A stretch of DNA of 64,000 nucleotides from Octopus vulgaris (taxonomy: Eukaryota), in the NCBI GenBank assembly GCA_951406725.2, contig OX597816.1, positions 20,398,001 to 20,462,000 on the forward strand. Direction: 5' to 3'. Below are positions 1 to 13,799 of the stretch, piece after piece (position 1 is the first letter of the stretch; each line of letters starts with the position of its first letter). A model generated the notes under the pieces. That model saw only the letters and a program-made list of their open reading frames with translations. It was not told the DNA's origin and made no database searches. The translations under genes were made by a program, and so were the position numbers.

Positions 1-55
1 ACCTCTCATAAGCTATATACGTTTATATATGCGTTTATATATGCATACAAATGGA

Positions 56-415
56 TGGAAGCACTCCGTCGGTTACGACGATGAGGGTTCCGGTTGATCC
101 GAATCAACGGAACAGCCTGCTCGTGAAATTAACGTGTAAGTGACTGAGCACTCCACAGACACGTGTACCCTCAACGTAGTTCTCGGGGATATTCAGCGTG
201 ACACAGAGAGTGACAAGGCCGGCCCTTTGAAATACAGGTACAACAGAAACAGGAAGTAAGAGTGAGAGAAAGTTGTGGTGAAAGAGTACAGCAGGGATCA
301 CCACCATCCCTGCCGGAGCCTCGTGGAGCTTTAGGTGTTTTCGCTCAATAAACACTCACAACGCCCGATCTGGGAATTGAAACCGCGATCCTACGACCGC
401 GAGTCCGCTGCCCTA
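56..415 (-). mobile_element. SINE family A (tRNA-Arg-like head), tail type A1, slightly 5'-truncated
   Basis: Minus strand reads tagggcagcggactcgcggtcgtaggatcgcggtttcaattcccaga (tRNA-like, TCG in the anticodon-loop position). Near-identical to 59000-59379 and 36976-37321. Confidence 0.85.
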
Positions 416-433
416 GCATACACATACACAGTT

Positions 434-792
434 GTAGATGTAGCTGTGTGGTAAGAAGCTTATTTCCCAACCACATGATCCCGGGTTCAGTTCCTCTCCT
501 TGGACAAGTGACTTCTATTACAACCGAGGACTAGCCAAAGCCTTAGGCGTGGATTTGGTAGACAAAAACTGAAGGAAGACTGTCGTTTGTGTGTTAGTGT
601 ATGTGTATTTGTCCTACCACTGCCGCTTGTCAATTGGTGTTGGTGTGTTTATGTCCACATAACTTTGCGGTTCAGAAAACTTGACAGACAGGAGAAGTAC
701 CAAACAATAACTGGAGTCGATTCATTCGAATAGAAAATATTTAGGGTGGTGCCCCAGTATGGTCGCAGTCTAATTACTGAATTAAAAGGTAA
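434..792 (+). mobile_element. SINE family B, diverged copy
   Basis: gctgtgtggtaag head, ccttggacaagt motif, tail ggtggtgccccagtatggtcgcagtc..actgaa; aligns by eye to 26116-26553. Confidence 0.75.
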
Positions 793-819
793 ATTATAAA
801 AGCATACACAAGAAAGAAA

Positions 820-1312
<493 letters not shown>

Positions 1313-1699
1313 CTATCAGTACCGGCTCCATACAAACAACGTTGAATCTCGGCAAAATGTGCTACTCTGCAGAAGTCTAATAAACCCATTCAATATCTCA
1401 ACAGACACTAAATCTAGCAATGAATGAATACAGACACTTATCCAATTGCTTACCTGTATTTAAGTGCTGCCACTAGACATTTCTGAAGTTCTCACCTTTG
1501 ACCTTCTGAGATTAATTTTCCTCAGAAGTAGCAATAGTTTCTCTCAATACTACCATAATTTCAACTAATTAAAAAATATATAAGTGCCGTCTTCTTACGT
1601 ATTCTAAGCTTTTCTTCTCGAAATGACTTCTGCCACAGGCTCCGGCTGACCAACAATTTTCGAGTTCCATTTCCCAAACCGAAACTGAAGAAGGCACCT

Positions 1700-1971
1700 G
1701 TGTATATTATGCGTGTATGAGAGAGCCTATGTGTGCATGTGTGTATATGTGTATATTTTTATACAAATATATATATATACATGCATATATATATGCATAT
1801 ACATATATATATGTATATATGTATATATGCATATACATATATATATGTATACATATATGTATGTATATATACATATATAGGTATGTATATATGCATATAT
1901 ATGCATATGTATATATATACATATATATATATATATACATATGCATATATACATACATATATATACATATG

Positions 1972-2002
<31 letters not shown>

Positions 2003-2180
2003 GTGTGTGTATATATACATATATATATATGTATATATGTATATATGCATATATATATGTATATGCATATATATATATGTATGTATTTTCATGTATGTAT
2101 TTGAGTGTGTGTGTATATGTGTTTGTGTGTGTGTGTGTGTTTGTGTGTCTATGTGTATGTGCGTGTATATAAATATACAC
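1700..2180. repeat. Degenerate (TA)n/(TG)n microsatellite
   Basis: Alternating purine-pyrimidine tract that generates the Y/I/M/H-rich ORFs. Confidence 0.95.
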
Positions 2181-3659
2181 AATATTATACATTTCCTACA
2201 GACACGTTTCTCGTCTACAAGTAATAGAAGTAATGTAGAAAGACATTAAATCATAATAAATCTGTTTCTGAGGGAAAAATCTCCGTTTATTGATTATCTC
2301 TGTTTCCTCAAACTTAAATGTCTGCAGAGTTAAAGTTCAGGGTCACAGACTTGCAATGTCATGAGTTTTCAAATTTGCAACAGCTATTCTATACTTCCTC
2401 TAGGCATCCTACAATGACTATGTTTTCTACAGACAAACAAAACTGAAAATAGATGCAGCAGTTCACAACTTCTCCAGCTTTATGCTTTAGTGGTTTGTGT
2501 GACAAAATGCATCCAAGTGTAAAAATACTTGCTCCAGAAACTGAATATGCAAATATCTCGATGTTGTTCATCAGCTTCGTTCCATCTTTTTTTTTATCAA
2601 GAAATATTTATTTCTCGCGTAGACATACGCATAGGTAACAGTGCCAAGTGGTTAAGCCATTGTGTAAAGGTCATAAGCTTGCGAGGATAACCGATTGAAT
2701 TATTACTTTATGGATCGTGGGTTTATTTTTGCTGCTTAGATCCCGGTCATTCCTGATAGAACGGACATCAGGGATATCATGACGTCTCGGTGGTGAGCGA
2801 CCCGTCAGTTATTTTTGAAATTTATTTATTGATTATCGGAAATATTTCATCCAAATATACCCCATCTGTTTATATTTTAAGACTTTAAGGACAGAAATTT
2901 ATTTAAGGTAAATGTGACTTCTGACTTAAAGAGAGCGCTATCGGTTCAAGTGACGCCGTCGACATTATGTTTTGTTTCGTTTTTGAGGTAGGGAGCTCTC
3001 TTTTTCAGTAATTCTGAATTCTCCTTGGTCCTAAAGGATACTCATATAAATTTAGCTCTACATGTATTGTAATTACTTATTCATTAATTAACAATTCACT
3101 CATATAATGCTTATTTTAAAACATCTTCATTATTACCAGTTCACTTCGCATTTATTTCGAATAACTAAAACTTATATTTTATGTACGCCTCCGTACGGTG
3201 TCACATCCTTTCATTGCTCTAATACTTTTTACTCACTGGTATCTCTGCTATTATGTACAAGTATATCTATGTTTCATTTCGATTCATACTTTCTCGTGGT
3301 TAATTGACTACGTAGAACTTAATATTTCTGAAATATTCCATGCACTTCATAATACAACTTATCTAAACAAAAAATATCTGTTTTTGTGTATTGAGTTGTC
3401 ATCTAAATTCTTCCTTGTTTCAAAAGACGTAAGATTTAATTAAATTTCTAAAAATGATAACCAGAAAGTTTAGATCAAATGGAGTTACAAATCACCATAA
3501 CGAGAGAAATAGATGTCGTCTGGATTCAAATAACAGACGATACAATGAAAATAAGTGGGAAAACAAAAACGAACTCGTTTATTTGACAACCCGATGCCAT
3601 CCGCGCTCTCTCTCCCTTCACAACACTCGAATTTCAGCATGGAAATCCTCTTGGTTTAA

Positions 3660-3879
3660 CCCTTTAGTGTTCAGATTACTCTGTAAAATGTAATACTTTT
3701 CCACTCAAATTGTTTTGAATTAATCATGCATTATCTTATAGCTTTGGGGTTTCAATGATGTGATTGTTTATATTTAGAATGACATTGTCGGGTAGGTGTG
3801 AGAGGCTAGATATTGCCAGTTTGAATATAAAACATGTAGAATATCTGGGCCAGATATGGCCGGTTTAAACACTAAAGGG
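3660..3879. mobile_element. piggyBac-type MITE
   Basis: TTAA|ccctttagtgtt ... aacactaaaggg|TTAA: terminal inverted repeats with CCC/GGG ends and TTAA target duplication. Confidence 0.85.
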
Positions 3880-4256
3880 TTAAAGCCTTTTTTCCCCACA
3901 TGGTCATTTTATAAATTATATTGCTTAAAAGGGCACTTCACAAATTAACCTTTCTCTTTGAAAACAGGAAATAGCTCAGCCATTGCCAATTGTTTAAATG
4001 CAGTGCTGAAGTGAAGCCTACGCTGAAGTAATAGGTGTAAATGCGGTCGTAACAGCTCCTAGATACACAAATATTGTTAAATGCATCCTAAAAAGCGAAA
4101 AGGTCACGGCAGATTCGTTTTGATTCACTCCTAAACACACTGCTTCTCTACACCGCCGCTTCTTACGCTACTAACAGGTCCTTTCCTACTGCACTCACTA
4201 GCATTACACTCTTATGTACCAGTCAAGCACACACGTCCTTTTCATTCAAAACCTTG

Positions 4257-4476
4257 ACACTTTAGCATTTAAACCACCCATATCCAACCAAAATAGTCTA
4301 CCTGTTTTATGTTCAAGCCAGTCAGGTCTGGTTTCTCACAACTACCCTACGATGACAATCTAAAACATAAACAATCACACCATCAAAAACTCAGTTATGA
4401 GATGATGCATGATTAATACAAAGCATTTGAATAACTAAGCATCATTTTTGACAGAATTATCGGAATGCTGACGGGT
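4257..4476. mobile_element. Diverged second copy of the piggyBac-type MITE, opposite orientation
   Basis: ctttagcatttaaacc...atgctgacggg; internal sequence is the reverse complement of 3660-3879. Confidence 0.7.
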
Positions 4477-4548
4477 TCATGTACGTCATTCTATGATTCC
4501 ACACAAAACATATTATCTAATCCTTCCTTCACAGAACTGCAACCGCCT

Positions 4549-4965
4549 AAGGCGGCGAGCTGGCAGTATCGTTAGCACGCCGGGCGAAATGCGTAGCCGT
4601 ATTTCGTCTGCCGTTATGTTCTGAGTTCAAATTCCGCCGACATCGACTTTGCTTGTCATCCTTTCGGGTTCGATAAATTAAGTACCAGTTACGCACTGGT
4701 GTCGATATAATCGACTTAATCCGTTTGTCTGTCCTTGTTTGTCCTCTCTGTGTTTAGCCCATTGTGGGTAGTAAAGAAATAGGTATTTGGTCTGCTGCTG
4801 CGTTCTGAGTTCAAATTCCGCCGAGGTCGACTTTGCCTTTCATCTTTTCAGGGTTGATAAATTACTTACCAGTTACGCACTGGGGTCGATATAATCCGCT
4901 TAATCCGTTTGTCTGTCCTTGCTTGTCCTCTCTGTGTTTAGCCCCGTGTGGGTAGTAAAGAAATA
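4549..4965 (+). mobile_element. SINE family C, dimer
   Basis: aaggcggcgagctggcag head, B-box-like gagttcaaattcc, central gcctttcatcctttcggggtcgataaattaagtaccag (Nin/Deu-domain-like). The second unit restarts at ggtattt. Confidence 0.85.
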
Positions 4966-5504
4966 GATGTTGGGTTCTACCATCTGTATTCATACTTCCT
5001 CGTTAAAAAAGAATTTATCTATATTCGACTGACTTTGAAAAACTGGGTAAAACTTGACCTTAAACTAAGTTTTGAACCGATTTAGAAAATCAAAATGTCA
5101 GAGATTTATATTTATTTTCATTCTGACAGATTACAGTTTTTTGGCTGAACTTGTAATGTATATAAGAAGCTTTAAAAATATATCTCGTGCTTCACGACTA
5201 AAATATTTTGTCAGAAAAAATTACTTCTTAATTAGACATAAAGTCGATGAATTATAGCGAAAGATATATAATAATGTGTGATGCTTATTTGGTTATTAAA
5301 AGTATTAATGTTATATTTGGAGTTAACTGAAAAAAAAAAAGCTGAACATTTCGCATTCAACATAATCCAATGTGTCGGCTTATTTTGACCTTTTGTTGTT
5401 TTGTGTAAGCTGTCACCGACCCGAGATGGCGATTTATAATGCGTAATTAAGAAAATCATTTTAAGAAAAATATTTTATTATCATCATAATAAGCGCGTGT
5501 GGTT

Positions 5505-5882
5505 TGTGGTTAAGATTAAGTAGTTAGATTTGCAGCCGTGCTTTTTGGGGTTCAGTCTCATTCCACGGCACTTTAGGTAAGTAATTTCTGCTAAAGCTCC
5601 GGGCTTTTGAGTGAATTTGATAGGAGGAAATTGTGTGGAAGCCCATAGTATATATGTATAGATAGAGGGATAAATATCTGTGTGTCTGTATTCAACCCAC
5701 CACTGAGTGACAATCGGTGTTGGTTTATCCACATCCCCGTAAGTTAGCGTTTTGGCAAAAGAATCCAATAGAATAGTATCAAATTAAATCAAGTACTTCA
5801 GTTGATTTGTTCGATTAAAACCCTTAAAAGTAGTACTCCAGCATGACCGTAATCCAATGGCTGAAACAAGTAAAAGATAAAA
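5505..5882 (+). mobile_element. SINE family B, old diverged copy
   Basis: gggttcagtctca head, gtgaatttgatagga body, tail ctccagcatgaccgtaatccaatggctgaaacaagtaaaaga. Confidence 0.7.
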
Positions 5883-6027
5883 CATCAATATATTTCATTT
5901 TGGTGGATAACAGAACAAGATAGAGGGCGTCACTAAATGCTTTTCAATACTCAGTTATGATGTCATATTATTAAATATTAATGAAATCAAATAGCCCGTT
6001 TCTTTCTCTGTGGTTTATAAAATAATT

Positions 6028-6232
6028 GGTCTCAAATTTTGATACAAGGCCACAAAATTCGGGGAGGATACATCGACCGCAGTACTCAGCTGGTACTTAT
6101 TCTATCGATCCCGAAAGGATGAAGTGCAAAGTTGATCTCGGTGGAATTTGAACTCAGAACATAAAGATTGACAACAGGTAATATACCGTTAAGTATTTTG
6201 CTCGACATGCTAACAATTCTGCCTGCTCGCCA
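6028..6232 (-). mobile_element. SINE family C with tail 2
   Basis: gaatttgaactcagaac and cgatcccgaaaggatgaa motifs; flanked by direct repeat ggt(t/c)tataaaataatt. Confidence 0.75.
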
Positions 6233-6274
6233 CTCTGGTCTATAAAATAATTAAAAGCTAAATACTAAATTAAA

Positions 6275-6593
6275 GTAACAATCCCATGAAGGGAATTTTA
6301 CTACTGCTATTTAGCCCTAGGAAGCAGCAACGCTTCCTGTCGGCCTTGACACAATTCCTGTGTCATTATGTTTGCAAGGAGGAGATAATCACCCCCTTAC
6401 AAATATAAAGATCCCCTTGCAAACGTAAGGACGCAGGAAATATGTCAAGGCCGACAAGAAACGTTGCTGCTTCCTAGGGCTAAATAGCAGTAGTATGATT
6501 CCCTTCATGGGACTGTCACATTAAGTTGAGAGTATAGGACTACTTTATCGTACCACTACTGCATAAATCTCTCTGAGAGAGTTAGAAATGTAT
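6275..6593. mobile_element. Fold-back (inverted) fragment of the pLTR-like repeat also seen at 31215-31815
   Basis: Arms ~6275-6382 and ~6413-6519 are reverse complements. The right arm plus extension (gcttcctagggctaaa..ctgtcacattaagttgagagtata..ttagaaat) matches 31340-31490. Confidence 0.75.
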
Positions 6594-6594
6594 T

Positions 6595-6970
6595 CTTTTT
6601 TACTCTTTTACTTGTTTCAGTCATTTGACTGTGGTCATGCTGGAGCACCGCCTTTAGTCGAGCAAATCGACCCCACGACTTATTCTCTGTAAGCCTAGTA
6701 CTTATTCTATCCGTCTCTTTTACCGAACGGCTAAGTTACGGGGACGTAAACACACCAGCATCGGTTGTCAAGCGATGTTGGGGGAGGGACAAATACAGAC
6801 ACACAAACACACACACACATATATATATATACATATTTCCGTCTACCAAATCCACTCACAAGGCTTTGGTCAGCCCGAGGCTATAGTAGAAGACACTTGC
6901 CCAAGGTGCCACGCAATGGGACTGAACCCGGAACCATGTGGTTGGTAAGCAAGCTACTTACCACACAGCC
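6595..6970 (-). mobile_element. SINE family B
   Basis: Reverse complement of the B consensus with (taaaagag) tail and internal CA/TA microsatellite. Confidence 0.9.
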
Positions 6971-7716
6971 AAAAAATATGATGGATTTGTGCTAGTAAAA
7001 GAAGTGATTATGTGTGAAATTCGGATAAATATTTCAAGTCTGGAAAAATAAACATTTTTGCATCCCACCTTCTTTGCGCCGACCCTGAAAATATCCACTC
7101 GTAATTAGAATAACGACAAAGGAGAGTTAATACTTGATAACAATGAGGATAATAGGATATTAGGAGATGAAAAACAAAGCGTAACAAAACAAATTAATCT
7201 GAAAGAAAATAATTGAATAACTGTCATATTTTTGTGATGCAAACTCAACTCTGACAAAACTAATGACATCCCCAGCTTGACAGATTCTGCTTCTAAAATT
7301 CTGCTGAAATATATTTTATTATTCTATGGTGTTAATTTCATCGTATTATGTTGGGGCTATATAATCAACACTGCAAAACAGTTAGCGTAAACTATTCAAA
7401 GCTATCCAAAGAAAATTGTATCGAAACTTAATTGAAAATATTTAGAAGGAATTTTATAAAATATGTAATAAGAACAGTTGAAAAATAAAAATAAAAAACA
7501 CGGTGCCAGTGTTTGGATTTCAATGATTATCACAGTTGTCTTTTATTCAAAGAAATATCTATTCCTGACAGAGTATTTTGCATGGTATATTAGCAAAGTG
7601 TCTCCGGCCTAGAGGATATTTTCCTTTGAGCGGGGTGTATTTCGAGGAAAATATCGTACATTATATGACTTTAATTTTTTTTTGAATTAATAAATTGTGA
7701 AATTCTAAACAGATAT

Positions 7717-7925
7717 ACTCTCTTTACTCTTTACTCTTTTACTTGTTTCAGTCATTTGACAGCACCCATGCTGGAGCACCGCCTTTAGTCGTGCAAATCG
7801 ACCCCAGGACTTATTCTTTGTAAGCCTAGTACTTTTTCTATCGGTCTCTTTTGCCGAACCGCTACGTTACGGTGACGTAAATATTCCAGCATCGGTTGTC
7901 AAGCAATGCTAGGGAGACAAACACA

Positions 7926-7975
<50 letters not shown>

Positions 7976-8356
7976 CATATATACGACGGGCTTCTTTCAG
8001 TTTCCGTCTACCAAATCCACTCACAAGGCTTTGGTCGGCCCGAGGCTATAGTAGAAGTCACTTGCCCAAGGTGCCACGCAGAAGGACTTAACCCGGAACC
8101 ATGTGGTAGGTAAACAAGCTACTTACCACACAGCCACTCCTTGTGAAGCGATGCTGGGGAGACAAACACACACACACATATATACATATATATGACGGCC
8201 TTCTTTCAGTTTCCGTCTACCATATCCACTCACAAGGCTTTGATCAGCCTGAGGCTATAGTAGAAGATACTTGCCCAAGTGCCCCGCAGTGGGACTAAAC
8301 CCGGAACCATGTGGTTGGTAAGCAAGCTACTTACCACACAGCTACTCCTGCGCCTA
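7717..8356 (-). mobile_element. SINE family B plus tandem partial duplicate of its 5' half
   Basis: Full copy at 7717-8140 and a second 5' half at 8147-8356. Confidence 0.85.
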
Positions 8357-8420
8357 CTCATATGTTAGGAAATAATTGTACAATGACGAATACTCGTTTT
8401 TTTCTGAGTGACACATATTC

Positions 8421-8814
8421 AGGTGAGCTGGCTGAGTCGTTAGCACGCTGGACGAAATGCTTAACGGTATTTCGTCTGCGTTACGTTGTGAGTTCAAATT
8501 CCGCCGAGGTCGACTTTGCCTTTCATCCTTTCGGGGTCGATAAATTACGTACCAATTACGCACTGGGGTCGATGTAATCGACATAATACCTATGTCTGTC
8601 CTTGTTTGTCCCTTCTGTGTTTATCCTCTTGTGGGTAATAAAGAAATGGGTATTTCGCCCGTTGCTACGTTCTGAGTTCAAATTCCGCCGAGGCCGACCT
8701 TGCCTTTCATCCTTTCGGGGCTCGATAAATTAAGTACCAGTTACATACTGGGGTTGATCTAATCGACTGGCTCTTCTGCCAAAATTTCAAGCCTTGTGCC
8801 TATATTAAAAAGGA
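8421..8814 (+). mobile_element. SINE family C dimer (tail 1 then tail 2)
   Basis: Two gagttcaaattccgccgagg units; ends gccttgtgcctatattaaaaagga. Confidence 0.85.
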
Positions 8815-9559
8815 TACATATCCTCTGTACAAATTAAGGAAAGATGGTTTGCAATAAAATCAAAGAAATAAACTCTACTGTTGGAATGTCGGTTTGTTTG
8901 CAATTCAGCTGAATGTTTTTAAATGAGCTCTAATGAAGAGATTCAGATCTACAAGAGAAGGATATACTTCAGTACTAATGATGAATGGTGAAACGTTCTA
9001 GAATTTACAATCTATGATCGCCTCTTCAGTGTGACTAAATTAAATGTTCGTTTGGAAAATGATTAAAGAATATATTTCACTGATGAAAATATCTATGATT
9101 ACATCCAGTGGAGATCTAACTGCAGATTCATAACATTCTTTCAATCATATCAGACTCATAAATTTGTCAAAACTATTCTAAACTTGGTCCTCTCTCAATA
9201 TTAAATTTGGCAGTAGCGCTGAAAATAAATACCCATCTTCAAATATCTAAACGTATAAGTGTTAAATAACACCCACATCGGGTCAAATGTCTTCGTATTA
9301 TTTAAATAGCTGAACAAGGTAAATGGAGCTTAGTTCAGCACCTACAGGGAAACATATCAGAACCTTCCATCTTTACTGACTCAAGGAGGAATTTCAACCG
9401 TGTTTCGTGGTCTGCTAAAACAACAGCTCCTTTATAGGATCCAGTTAGCTCAAGACATCATCAAGAGGAGCCACGTCCAGTTTCGGCCCCTACTCCTCTA
9501 CCGTTTTGACGTGGCGCCCCCTCCTTTCAGAGGTGTCTTCAGCTCTGGTGTTGGGTGCA

Positions 9560-9850
9560 TGTTTTCTTTCTTCTCCTTACTTCTGTTCCCTGGTCTCTTC
9601 GATGTATCATCAGCGAGTGTCAGCCGGTGACTGACTGTCTTGTCTTTTGTTTGTCGTCGTCTTTGAATTTGGTGGTCATTCTTGCTACCTCGTAGGCAAA
9701 TTTTTTATAACTCGCTGCGTCATTTGCTTTCGGCCACTTAATCTTTGTCCTCTTCACGCCTATCACTGTTTTTGACTGTTCCAATTCAACTGTGAAATGA
9801 ACCTCGCTATGGTTATTTTCAGGAGGTTCTGGCCACACGTCTTATGGTTT
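9560..9850 (-). pseudogene. Remnant of an RLE-type (Hero/NeSL-like) non-LTR retrotransposon ORF
   Basis: Translation IKWPKANDAASYKKFAYEV resembles the KWPxAxxxxxWxxFDEDV motif recalled upstream of the RT in Hero-like elements; GC-richer than the flanks. Confidence 0.45.
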
Positions 9851-10759
9851 ATCAACCCACGTTGTTGAACTACTTTCTTTTGACACACCTTCCCTTGGTG
9901 GATTCTTAGCCCGATGTAACTATAGCAAACACTTTTCCGCAGAATAAATCTGAAATCACATCATATGAGCTAAACTTGTGAAAAGGATCGACGTCATTCT
10001 TCTTGAAAATCTATATAATGCTGAATTTAGCTGATAGTGATGTTTTTACACATGAACAGAGACAAGAAATTTGACAGGTTGTTTCAAGTCCGAAGATATC
10101 TTCAATCGAATAATGCTGTGATCTCCACAAGTCTGTCTTTTAAATATACATATATTTTGTAATGAGAATTAATAAAATACAAGGGCGAAGTTTCAGACTG
10201 GTTGCAATCACATTAGTACAGCAGTTTTAACATGATTATTTCTACGTTGCATTTCTCAGAGAAGGAAACAAATGAAGTACATTTCTTTTTAGTTCTTGAC
10301 TGAAAAATTGAGAATATGATATAGTCACAGAATTGCAGTAGACATGGAAAAAGTTACTGATTAGAAAAATAATTCATTTTCTGTAATTATGTAAATTAGT
10401 ATAATATTTTAGGAAAATAATCTCTTTTTAGAAAATAGAAAATGAAATATGTAAAACTAAAATTATATTTTAGGCTCGATAATTGTATATTGTTTGTAAA
10501 TATTGATGTCGTCTACTTTACACCTTCTTTAGAATTGCTTAGATGACAGGATGCTGAGTGATTCAGCACTGTGATAGTAAACGAAGATTGTAAACCACAA
10601 ATACAACAAATTCTCCCAAATATAGAAAATGAGATTCAGAGGTTCCCTCAACAGCTGATGGAGTCGTAGACATACCGTTGTAAAGTAAGGCGCATCTTCA
10701 ATATATTTTATATATCCTGCGATGACTAGTCCAACTGAGGTCTTCCGGTTCCCTATTTA

Positions 10760-11114
10760 TTCGACAAAGAGGCACAATCACACAAAGAAAGAAATATAAA
10801 AAGAGAAGAGTCGATGCTCCACACGCACATACACACTCTCTTATACACACGTACGCGCACCTTCGTTTTCGCATCACCAATACTTTATTATCTCCCCTTC
10901 TTCCTAGCCCTCCTGTGTGACCCCTCTGTCCGGCATTCGCCATGATAGATCGCTAGCCACTACACATTCTTTATATTCTCTCTTTGTTGTTATATGTGTT
11001 CCTTTCTGTGAAATAGCGTAGGCTCGAAACGTTAAAGACTTTTTCACTTCCCGAATGAATACATCTATTTGTTGTCTACACCACCTGTCTTCGTCTGTTG
11101 CATTTTTTGAATTA

Positions 11115-11125
<11 letters not shown>
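10760..11125 (+). mobile_element. Penelope-like pLTR fragment (family F) ending at (CT)n(TA)n, with a degenerate HHR-like motif
   Basis: cttt-ctgtgaaa-tagcgtaggctc-gaaa-cg-tt-aaag at 11002-11037; homologous to 22500-22656 and 44352-44530. Confidence 0.6.
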
Positions 11126-11171
<46 letters not shown>

Positions 11172-11721
11172 ATACTGATAATTAAGAACCGTAACTTGTA
11201 AAGTCAGACATACCCGTATCGTCGGGATTTCGAACTTTATGAAAATGCCACTAAGTTCTCGTTAGCAATTACCCCAATTTCAATTAATGTGTATCAGTGA
11301 AAGTTTGTGGTTGTAGTCGTCTTCTGGCAGCCATTGTTAGTGTACTGGTACTACTTGTAGCACCCTTAATTATTAATTAATAATTTTTTACCGAATGATA
11401 TTTTTTGTGCATGCTTGCCACTTGATATTATTGTAAGCAATAATAATCCTTATATATATTTTAATAATTTATTTCACTCCGATCACACTTTAAAATTTGC
11501 CGCGTATGTTTGTGTGTGTATTTGTGTGTATATTTGTGTATGTTTGAGTGTATGTTGGTGTTTGTGTGTTTGCGTATGATAGTGTGTGTGTATGTTCATG
11601 TGTGTGCATGTTTGTGTGTCTGTGTGTGAGTTTGTGTCTGTATGAGTATGTCTGTGTTTGTGTGTGTGCCCCCCACAATGTATTACTAATCTGGAGCTCT
11701 GCTAAGTTATAGATATACTTC

Positions 11722-11921
11722 AGGCGGCGAGCTGGCAAAAACGTTAGCACGCCGGGCAAAATGCTTAGCGGTATTTCGCCAGTCACTACGTTCTGAGTTC
11801 AAATTCCGCCGAGGTCGACTTTGCCTTTCATTCTTTCGGGGTCGATATAATCGACTTAACCCGTTTGTTTGTCCTTGTTTGTCCCTTTTGTGTTTAGCCC
11901 CTTGTGGGCAATAAAGAAATA
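11722..11921 (+). mobile_element. SINE family C
   Basis: Consensus head and tail 1 with a short internal deletion. Confidence 0.85.
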
Positions 11922-12894
11922 AGATATACCTCATTATGATGAATGTATGGCACCGAAGACTTTCAACATATGATTCTTAGTACCCAGTTATGATGGTTTA
12001 TACACTCATTTTTCAATTCTGACTTTTCTTCCTCGATTGTGGTCTATTAGAGTACCAGCTGTATTCTGAACTTGTTTTACCTTCCACAATACCTTCGTCA
12101 ATAAGTGATTTGTGTTTTCTATGCCAATCATTGCTTCTGAAATTTGTTGTATTTATGCCAATCATTGCGTCTGAAATTTGTATCAATAATACAATACTGA
12201 AAATTCAAAAAAGCTAAAAGCACTTTTCTATTGTATACTTTTGTATCCATAATTTGAAAGTGTCCCCAAGCTGAAGAAAAGGAAACACACAAAGCAACGA
12301 TAAATCTGAAAAAAAGAAATCAAGGAAAATTTAATATTTGATAACAGTAAATACAGAGTTTGAATACTAGAAATGGAATAAATATACAAGGAAACAATTT
12401 TAAGATAAAAAGAAAGCGAAAAAATTTTATCTGCAAGAAAAAAATTTGAAATGTCTGTCATTCTTTTCTGATGCTAGTGCAACCGTGACAAGAATAATGA
12501 CAAACACCTCTTGACCATTTCTGCTTCCAATACTGTCAAATAACTGTTTTTAGTCTATGTTGGAAATTTACTTAGTATGATTATATTAGAACTAAAAGCA
12601 TAATACGATCAAAAATATTCACACCAAATTTTCTAAGCTATTCTCTGAAAAGCAAATTTTTATAATGAAAACGAAGTGTCCATCTGGCAGAATTGTCTGC
12701 ACTTCGGAAAAATTGCTTTGCGACGTTTCTTCCAACTCTTAACGCTTTAAGTTCAAATTCCATCGCTGTGATCGACCTTCCCTTTTAACTTTCCGGTGGC
12801 TGAAGAAGTAAAGTACCAGTCACGTACTCTGGCCTATGTAAATTGCTTTGTCCCTGTTCTCAAAATTGCTGTGCCGAACTTAGAAAGAAATATA

Positions 12895-13335
12895 TACTCT
12901 TTACTCTTTTACTTATTTCAGTCATTTGACTGTGGCCATGCTGGAGCACCACCTTTAGTCGAGCAAATCGACTCCAGGACTTATTCTTTGTAAGCCTAGT
13001 ACTTATTCTTTCGGTCTCATTTGCTGAACCGCTAAGTTACGGGGACGTAAACACACCAGCATCGGTTGTCAAGCAATGTTGTGGGGACAAACACAGACAC
13101 GCAAACATATACACACACATGCATATATATTTATACATATATTTATACATATATATTTATACATATATACGACGGGCTTCTTTCAGTTTCCGTCTACCAA
13201 ATCCACTCACAAGGCTTTGGTCGGCTCGAGGCTATAGTAGAAGACACTTGCCCAAGGTGCCACGCATTGGGACTGAACTCGGAACCATGTGGTTGGTAAG
13301 CAAGCTACTTACCACACAGCTACTCCTACGCCTAT
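12895..13335 (-). mobile_element. SINE family B, full length
   Basis: Complete reverse complement of the B consensus. Confidence 0.9.
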
Positions 13336-13340
13336 ATGCA

Positions 13341-13372
<32 letters not shown>

Positions 13373-13382
13373 TTATAGAAGG

Positions 13383-13433
13383 AGCTTCTACGGGACTAGA
13401 ACTGTTTCATTCAGATGAAATCTTCAGGAAGCT
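13383..13433 (-). ncRNA. Type I hammerhead ribozyme motif
   Basis: Minus strand: agcttc CTGAAGA tttcatctgaat GAAA cag ttctagtc ccg TA gaagct; stem I is agcttc/gaagct. Confidence 0.65.
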
Positions 13434-13479
13434 CCTGAAGATTTCATCTGAATGAAACAGTTCTAGTCCTGTAGAAGCT
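13430..13479 (+). ncRNA. Type I hammerhead ribozyme motif
   Basis: agctc CTGAAGA tttcatctgaat GAAA cag ttctagtc ctg TA gaagct; stem III is acag/ctgt with a GUA triplet. Confidence 0.65.
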
Positions 13480-13562
13480 CCTTCTATAAAATAAATTACT
13501 TTACTCTGCTATGTATTGAGTACCTTATTTACTGTGGTTAACCCCGACTCAACCCGGGACCT

Positions 13563-13635
<73 letters not shown>

Positions 13636-13799
13636 AAATTTGCTCACATCGTGAATACTTGACAAGAAGGAGTATTATGGCCCTTATTTATGGAATTCAA
13701 TGATAGTAATGCTGAGCCTTTATTTAAAAAACACTTATGAATAAGGGAAGTCTCTGGTGGATATATTATGAAGGTGAAACTGGTTCAGCTTTCTTAATC

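Larger units (their letters stand above)
13369..13562. mobile_element. Fold-back element in (TA)n with an HHR in each arm
   Basis: Near-perfect palindrome 13369-13493 centred on agct, with a unique tail to 13562; flanked by (TA)n and (CA)n(TA)n. Confidence 0.8.

Noticed and set aside
104-355. 83-aa ORF with a near-identical paralogue at 59047-59298
   Set aside because: Both lie within SINE A1 copies, so the similarity reflects the repeat rather than a gene family.
1707-2249. Many overlapping Y/I/M/H-rich ORFs (also near 22.6, 28.9 and 51.1 kb)
   Set aside because: Stop-free translations of (TA)/(TG) microsatellites in all frames.
8985-9035. HHR-like fragments (ctaatga..gaaacgtt on plus; ctgaagaggcgatc on minus)
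   Set aside because: Core incomplete and stems I and II do not pair convincingly.
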